Assembly (NCBI GenBank): GCA_037446215.1 | Contig: JBBIJB010000069.1 | Span: forward strand, 1 to 11,727 | Source: Armatimonadota bacterium | GTDB lineage: Bacteria > Sysuimicrobiota > Sysuimicrobiia > Sysuimicrobiales > Humicultoraceae | Length of the DNA stretch: 11,727 nt | Direction: 5' to 3' | Shown here: positions 7,259 through 11,727 of the stretch, in pieces | Layout of the letters: each line of letters opens with the position of its first letter | How positions within the stretch are numbered: position 1 is the stretch's first letter | The notes under the pieces: generated by a model | Seen by the model: the letters and a program-made list of their open reading frames with translations, nothing else | Told to the model about the DNA's origin: nothing | Databases searched by the model: none | Position numbers and translations under genes: made by a program

Positions 7259-9273
7259 GGGGGCAGGAGGGAGTGGCCCTAGCCGGGTCGATGGTCGTGA
7301 TCCTGGCCTTGACCGTGATCGTGGCCGCGCTGGCGGCCTCGACCATGATCGAGACGACCCTGGCGCACGACCAGGCACGGGGACAGCGGGCCCTCGCCGT
7401 GGCCGAGGCGGGCGCCTATGCCGCCCTGGCGGAGCTCAGGCGAAGGATCGAAGCCGACCTGGGCGCGCGGCTCGAGCAGGCCGGCGAGGCCGGGCAGGAG
7501 CTCGCCGCGATCTGCCGATCCAAGGACCCATCCCCACCCGCCCCCGCCGCGGAGATGGTGGGCATGGTCGCGCGCTTTGCCTACCCGCCGGGTGCCGATG
7601 CGAGCGACTGGATCGTGTCCGGGGGTACTGCAACCCTTGCGATCGGCAGCCCCGCGGCGCCTGTCGTGGTGCGCGACAAGGCCTCCGGGGCCGAGACGGG
7701 ATCGTTCCACGCGGTCGTCGCCGTGAGGTGGTCGGGAAGGCCGTCGGAGTGCAGGTTCACTCCCGGCGAGCCGGAGGAGGCGCTCGTGTGGTTCGACCAT
7801 GCGATCGCCGCCACCGGCCGTTCGGGCAATGCGACGCGGACGGTCTGCCTGCGAAGCCCACACACTGAGCGGTGCTCCAGGTGGTTCCCGTCGGTCGACC
7901 GCGGGTGGCAGGGCAGCTATCTCCTATCATCCGGCGGCTACTCCGGGTGGCCCTTGCTGGCAGAGAGGCCCGCCTACTCCCGGTGGGCCCTCGCCACCCT
8001 GGGCGCCGGCGCTCCTGGAGGAGGTGGAGGCGGGGGGCCGGCCGACGTGTGGCTCTCCTCAGGCTCGTCTATCAGCGGTCCGCTCCGCCTCGGCTCCAGG
8101 GTCATGGTGGCCGGCAACCCTGCCCTCGCAGGGGATGTCCACCAGGTGGAGGGCACGGCGAGCCTCCATAACTGCGGATCCGCCGTCGAGATCGCGGTTC
8201 CCCCGAGGGAGCCGAACGTCGCGCTGCGGACGCCCTGCGACAACACCCTGCCGGCGGCACCGGTCTTCCGCGGAGCGGTCAGGGCAGGTGTTGCAGGCCT
8301 CCGACCGCCGGAGATCTCCAGCCTTCCGCGGGCCGCCGTGGGGCTCTTGGGCCCCGGCCCCGATGCCACGGACGCGCAGGTGCTGGAGGCCACGGGCGAC
8401 GACGAGCGGCTCGGGATCCCACCAGGACCGCTGCCCGACGGCATCTACATCATCGACCGGTGCGGCCGTCCCAGGTGCGGCGGCGTGTACGTAAGGGGCG
8501 ACGTTTCGGAGCTGGCCCTCTCGAGCGAGGGCGGCCTGCAGATAGCGCGGATCAGAGTCCCCACAGATCCCGTCCCGGCCCGGCGCACGGTCAAGCTCTC
8601 ACTGGATCCGGCCACCGGGGCCGTGACGGTCTACTGGGACCACAGGGGGAATGACGCCTGGGCGCGCTCTCACTCCTACCCCTCGGGAACGTTCAACGGG
8701 CTGATCTACGTCAGCGGCGCGATTGCCTCGGATCCCAGAGGAGGGTCCGGCGGCCTCTACGGAGTGGTGGGGCACGGCACGCGGCTCACGGTCGCAGCCG
8801 CGCGGGACATCGAGATCACCGACCACCTCGTCTACGAGTGGCCGCCTGGTGGCCCGGGGCCCTGGCCGCAGGCCGTGCTCGGCCTGCTCTCGGTTGCGGG
8901 GAACGTGACGATCGACGGCGCGCTCGCTCCCCACGACCTCTACCTGGACGCCTCCATCCTGGCGCCGGCCGGCCGCTTGTGGGTGCGGGGTTTCGACTCG
9001 ATACCGCTGCGGGGTCGAGTCTACCTGCTGGGCGCGGTGCTCGTGGGGCGGATGGGCGCGTTCGGGCTGTTCGACCCACTGGCAGGGCCGGTGCGCGGGT
9101 ACGGCCGCTTCATGGCGTACGACTGGCGGCTGCGCTCGAGCGCCTCTCCGCCGTTCTTCCCGGTCGCCGGCTCCTACACCTCGGCGCGGGGAGCACGCCT
9201 CTCGGTGCTCTGCGCCGGCGGAGACCCCCTCTACGACCGGCCCCACTGGGAGGAGATCGTGGGGAGGAGGTGA
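7255..9273 (+). CDS. Large PilX/GspK-like minor pilin with an extended beta-rich C-terminal domain (possibly DUF4900/ComZ-type), about 672 aa
   Basis: MRGQEG/VALAGSMVVILALTVIVAAL lacking Glu+5, followed by QRALAVAEAG (PilX N-terminal signature). C-terminus has NGLIYVSGAI, LTVAAARDIEITDHLVY, VLGLLS..GNV, YDWRL..SPPFFP. TTG 7255 overlaps the previous stop (TTGA), with AAGGAGG at 7239-7245. Confidence 0.82.
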   Translation: MRGQEGVALAGSMVVILALTVIVAALAASTMIETTLAHDQARGQRALAVAEAGAYAALAELRRRIEADLGARLEQAGEAGQELAAICRSKDPSPPAPAAEMVGMVARFAYPPGADASDWIVSGGTATLAIGSPAAPVVVRDKASGAETGSFHAVVAVRWSGRPSECRFTPGEPEEALVWFDHAIAATGRSGNATRTVCLRSPHTERCSRWFPSVDRGWQGSYLLSSGGYSGWPLLAERPAYSRWALATLGAGAPGGGGGGGPADVWLSSGSSISGPLRLGSRVMVAGNPALAGDVHQVEGTASLHNCGSAVEIAVPPREPNVALRTPCDNTLPAAPVFRGAVRAGVAGLRPPEISSLPRAAVGLLGPGPDATDAQVLEATGDDERLGIPPGPLPDGIYIIDRCGRPRCGGVYVRGDVSELALSSEGGLQIARIRVPTDPVPARRTVKLSLDPATGAVTVYWDHRGNDAWARSHSYPSGTFNGLIYVSGAIASDPRGGSGGLYGVVGHGTRLTVAAARDIEITDHLVYEWPPGGPGPWPQAVLGLLSVAGNVTIDGALAPHDLYLDASILAPAGRLWVRGFDSIPLRGRVYLLGAVLVGRMGAFGLFDPLAGPVRGYGRFMAYDWRLRSSASPPFFPVAGSYTSARGARLSVLCAGGDPLYDRPHWEEIVGRR

Positions 9274-9836
9274 TGGCAGGCTCGTGTGGCCGTTGGCAAG
9301 GGATGCGCCGCTGGTCTGCGCGGCACATCGCCGGCGCCACGCTGCTCGAAGTCGTGGCCGTGGCGGCGCTCGGGGTCCTGACCCTAGGCCTGGCCTTCGG
9401 CGGCATGGGGCTGATCGCAGGGCAGCGGCTGGCAGGCGCCGCGCGGACGCTTGCCAGTGACCTACGGATGCTCGACGGCAGGGCGCGCGCCGAACGCACC
9501 TGCTACCGCGTCCTCATCGATCCCGCGACCGAGAGCTACACGATCCTGAGGTATGGCGGCCCGATCACGGCAGGGGCGGGAGGGAGCGCCTTTTGCGAAG
9601 ACGCGGCGGCGTGGAGCGCCGTGCCCGCCCTCGGCGGCGACACCGCCCTCGCCTCACGCAGACTGGCCCCCGGTGTCGATCTGGTCTGGACTTCATTCGT
9701 TTCGGGCAGGATATCCATAAGCCCGCTGGGCAACTCCAACGCCGGCGGGGTTTGCCTGCGCGTGGCGGGCGGCCGGGAGCGGTGGGTGCGCGTCGAGGTC
9801 CTCGGCCGGGCCGAGATCCTCCTCGCCTGTCCCTAG
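9273..9836 (+). CDS. FimT/FimU/GspH-like minor pilin, about 187 aa
   Basis: Basic leader then G/ATLLEVVAVAALGVL (Glu+5 at 9348); LAGAARTLASDLR..RARAE and ISPLG..VEVLGR typical of FimT/GspH. ATG 9273 overlaps the previous stop (TGATG) after GGAGGAGG; ATG 9303 is an alternative start. Confidence 0.82.
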   Translation: MAGSCGRWQGMRRWSARHIAGATLLEVVAVAALGVLTLGLAFGGMGLIAGQRLAGAARTLASDLRMLDGRARAERTCYRVLIDPATESYTILRYGGPITAGAGGSAFCEDAAAWSAVPALGGDTALASRRLAPGVDLVWTSFVSGRISISPLGNSNAGGVCLRVAGGRERWVRVEVLGRAEILLACP

Positions 9837-9857
9837 GTGGTTTCAAGGCCCGAAGCA

Positions 9858-9897
9858 GAAGGGTTTCCGCGCAGGATTGCGAAGTGCATCTGGGAAA
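9858..9897 (+). promoter_or_regulatory. Candidate SigH-like promoter(s) upstream of pilM
   Basis: GAAGGGTTT (AGGG 9860-9863)-N17-GAAG (9881-9884), and an interleaved GCAGGATT (AGGA 9873-9876)-N17-GAAA (9894-9897), in the only gap within the pilus cluster. Motif match only. Confidence 0.3.
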
Positions 9898-9954
9898 GAC
9901 GGGATGCGTGCGGCCGCCAGGCGGCCGAAGCCTGGAGGAAGGTGGGCATACCCT

Positions 9955-11043
9955 ATGGGCCTCTTCGGAGGTTCACCACTCGCGCAGGTCGGCATCGACA
10001 TCGGCAGCGACACGCTGAAGGTCGTCGAGCTGGACGGGTCGTACCGCGGCGGATTCCGCCTGGCCAAGATGGGTGCTGCCCAGAGCCCGCCCATGGCCAT
10101 GCGGGACGGCGTGCCGGTAGCTCCTGAGGAGATAGGCAGCCACCTCAGGGCCCTCCTCGACAAGACCGGCATCAGGAGCGACGCCGTCGTGATGGGGATC
10201 GGAGGGCAGGCGGTTGCCGTGCGCGAGGTGCGCGTCCCTCCGATGACGCAGCAGGAGATGGCGGCGGCCGTCCGGTTCGAGGCCGAGCGCCACCTCCCCT
10301 ACAACATCAAGGACGTGCAGCTCGACTTCCAGGTATTGGGCGAGTCGGTTGAGGAAGGCCGCAAGATGGTCGACGTCCTGGTCGTCGCGACGCGGCACGA
10401 CGTGGTCAACCAGATGGTGGCGGTGGCGGAGGCCGCCAAGGTCCAGGTGCGGGTTCTCGACGTGGAGTCGTTCGCGCTGCTGCGCTCGGTAGTGCCGGCC
10501 TCCGAGGACGGCCAGACCGTGGCGGTCGTGGACTTCGGGGCCGAGGCCTCGGACATACTGGTGACCGAGGGAACCCGGCTTCGCTTCACACGCAACATAC
10601 CGATAGGTGGGGCCGCCCTGATCACCGCGACCCGCGAGGCGATGGACCTGGACTTCTCCACGGCGCGCAGCCTGCTCGAGGAGAAGGGCGAGGTGCTCGA
10701 GGAAGGAGCGGCCGCTCCCGACCACACGACCGAGCGCCTCTACGATGTGATAGCGCCTCACATCGGCGATCTGGTCACCGAGATCAGGCGGTCGCTCGAC
10801 TACTACCAGACGAGGGCGCGCTCCGCGGTGGTGAACCAGGTGCTCCTGACCGGAGGACTGGCAAGGCTGCGCAACCTCGACCGGGCCATCGCCGCCGAGC
10901 TCGGGCTCGCTTCCGCTGTGGCTTCGCCTTTCGTGAACGTCAAGGCCGCCGCTCCCGCGTTCCCTCCGGAGAGACTGGAGGCCGTGGGGCCCACAATGGC
11001 TGTGGCGGTGGGTCTGGCAATGCGGGGAGGTGATGTCGGTTGA
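9955..11043 (+). CDS. pilM: Type IV pilus assembly protein PilM (FtsA/actin-like), about 362 aa
   Basis: VGIDIGSDTLKVVEL, RFEAERHLPY, DFQVL, VLVVA, LDVESFALLR, VVDFGA, FTRNIPIGG, EIRRSLDYY, LTGGLARL, AVGLAMRG. Start ATG 9955 follows GGAGGAAGGTGG (9934-9945). Confidence 0.95.
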   Translation: MGLFGGSPLAQVGIDIGSDTLKVVELDGSYRGGFRLAKMGAAQSPPMAMRDGVPVAPEEIGSHLRALLDKTGIRSDAVVMGIGGQAVAVREVRVPPMTQQEMAAAVRFEAERHLPYNIKDVQLDFQVLGESVEEGRKMVDVLVVATRHDVVNQMVAVAEAAKVQVRVLDVESFALLRSVVPASEDGQTVAVVDFGAEASDILVTEGTRLRFTRNIPIGGAALITATREAMDLDFSTARSLLEEKGEVLEEGAAAPDHTTERLYDVIAPHIGDLVTEIRRSLDYYQTRARSAVVNQVLLTGGLARLRNLDRAIAAELGLASAVASPFVNVKAAAPAFPPERLEAVGPTMAVAVGLAMRGGDVG

Positions 11044-11600
11044 TCCGCATCAACCTGCTGCCACGGGTGCCCCGGCGACGACTGCCCAGCCGCCGCCTGT
11101 TGGAGTTCGGGCTGCCGCTGCTCACCCTGGCCGCGGTGATCGTGCTTGCCATATCCCTGGGCGTCCAGAACGCCGGCCTCGAGCGGGAGATCGCCACGGT
11201 CGACACCGAGATCTCCCAGCTTCGAGAGACGGAGCAGCGCGTGATCATGCTCGACCGACAGATCAAGGAGATGCGCGAGAAGGAGTCCGTGATCACGGAC
11301 CTGCTGAAGCAGCAGCTTCCGGCCGCCTCCGTGCTGAACGAGATCCGGCTGCTGATACCGAGGCAGGTCTGGATCACCGCCCTGAGCGTTCCGGAGCCCT
11401 CCTCGCTGAACCTGGAGGGAATGGCGACGGGGTACAACGTCGTCGCCCAGCTTATGGACAACCTCAGCGCAGGCCAGCTGTTCACCGAAGTGGACCTGTC
11501 GGTGGTCCAGCTTGAGAAGGTCGGCCCGACGGATGTGGTCCGCTTCCAGGTGACCGCCCGCCTGGCAAGGCCGCAGGCTGCAGGAGGTGGTCGGCCGTGA
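11040..11600 (+). CDS. pilN: Type IV pilus assembly protein PilN
   Basis: N-terminal INLLP PilM-binding motif, one TM segment, coiled coil, IPRQVWI..LEGMA..VAQLMDNL..LF. TTGA overlap with pilM and GGAGGT at 11026-11031. Confidence 0.93.
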   Translation: MIRINLLPRVPRRRLPSRRLLEFGLPLLTLAAVIVLAISLGVQNAGLEREIATVDTEISQLRETEQRVIMLDRQIKEMREKESVITDLLKQQLPAASVLNEIRLLIPRQVWITALSVPEPSSLNLEGMATGYNVVAQLMDNLSAGQLFTEVDLSVVQLEKVGPTDVVRFQVTARLARPQAAGGGRP

Positions 11601-11727
11601 CCGGCATGAGCTCCAGAGAGCGCATTCTGATAGTGCTGGTGATCATTGCCGCCATCTCGACCGTGTTCTACCTCTTCGTCTGGAGCCCGCAGACCGCCCG
11701 CAGGGACAAGCTGACCGCGAGCCTCGC
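11597..11727 (+). CDS. pilO: PilO/GspM-like pilus assembly protein, 3' end outside the window (absent from the ORF track)
   Basis: GTG 11597 (GTGA overlap with pilN; AGGAGGT at 11582-11588) opens MTGMSSRERILIVLVIIAAISTVFYLFVWSPQTARRDKLTASL, with the xSxRE + TM + P pattern and the expected position after pilN. Confidence 0.8.
   Translation, partial: MTGMSSRERILIVLVIIAAISTVFYLFVWSPQTARRDKLTASL

Noticed and set aside
9879..9935. Resemblance of the pilM leader (GCGAA..GGAAAG..GGGATGC) to a c-di-GMP-I riboswitch
   Set aside because: Lacks the GGCAAAC, GACGCAAAGC and CTAA elements and a proper GNRA-capped stem. An Rfam scan would settle it.
9973..10761. 262-aa - strand ORF within pilM
   Set aside because: Antisense shadow of a well-conserved pilM.
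1..11727. CRISPR arrays, tRNA/rRNA, IS ends, tandem repeats, intrinsic terminators
   Set aside because: None visible by eye. Only two short intergenic gaps exist, and neither has a repeat array or a hairpin followed by a T-tract. Recurrent GGCGGCCG-type words reflect GC content.

Overview
Very GC-rich bacterial DNA (roughly 70% or more by eye), almost entirely coding, in three blocks. (1) A translationally coupled + strand operon: MoxR AAA+ ATPase (5'-truncated), DUF58 protein, TgpA-like membrane transglutaminase-family protein, and a Pmt-type (GT39) protein O-mannosyltransferase. (2) A second GT-C-fold glycosyltransferase (GT87/Gpi18-like) on the - strand, overlapping the Pmt gene tail-to-tail and divergent from block 3. 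(3) A type IV pilus cluster: PilV-like minor pilin, large PilX-like pilin (possibly ComZ/DUF4900-type), FimT/GspH-like pilin, then pilM, pilN and the start of pilO. Many ORF-track starts are too far upstream; stop/start overlaps and Shine-Dalgarno sites give better ones. The most interesting signals are two lipid-linked sugar transferases between a MoxR module and a pilus locus (candidate pilin or surface-protein glycosylation system), and a SigH-like AGGR-N17-GAA motif upstream of both the GT-C gene and pilM. No RNA genes, CRISPR arrays or mobile elements were seen. All family calls are from motif recognition, not database searches.
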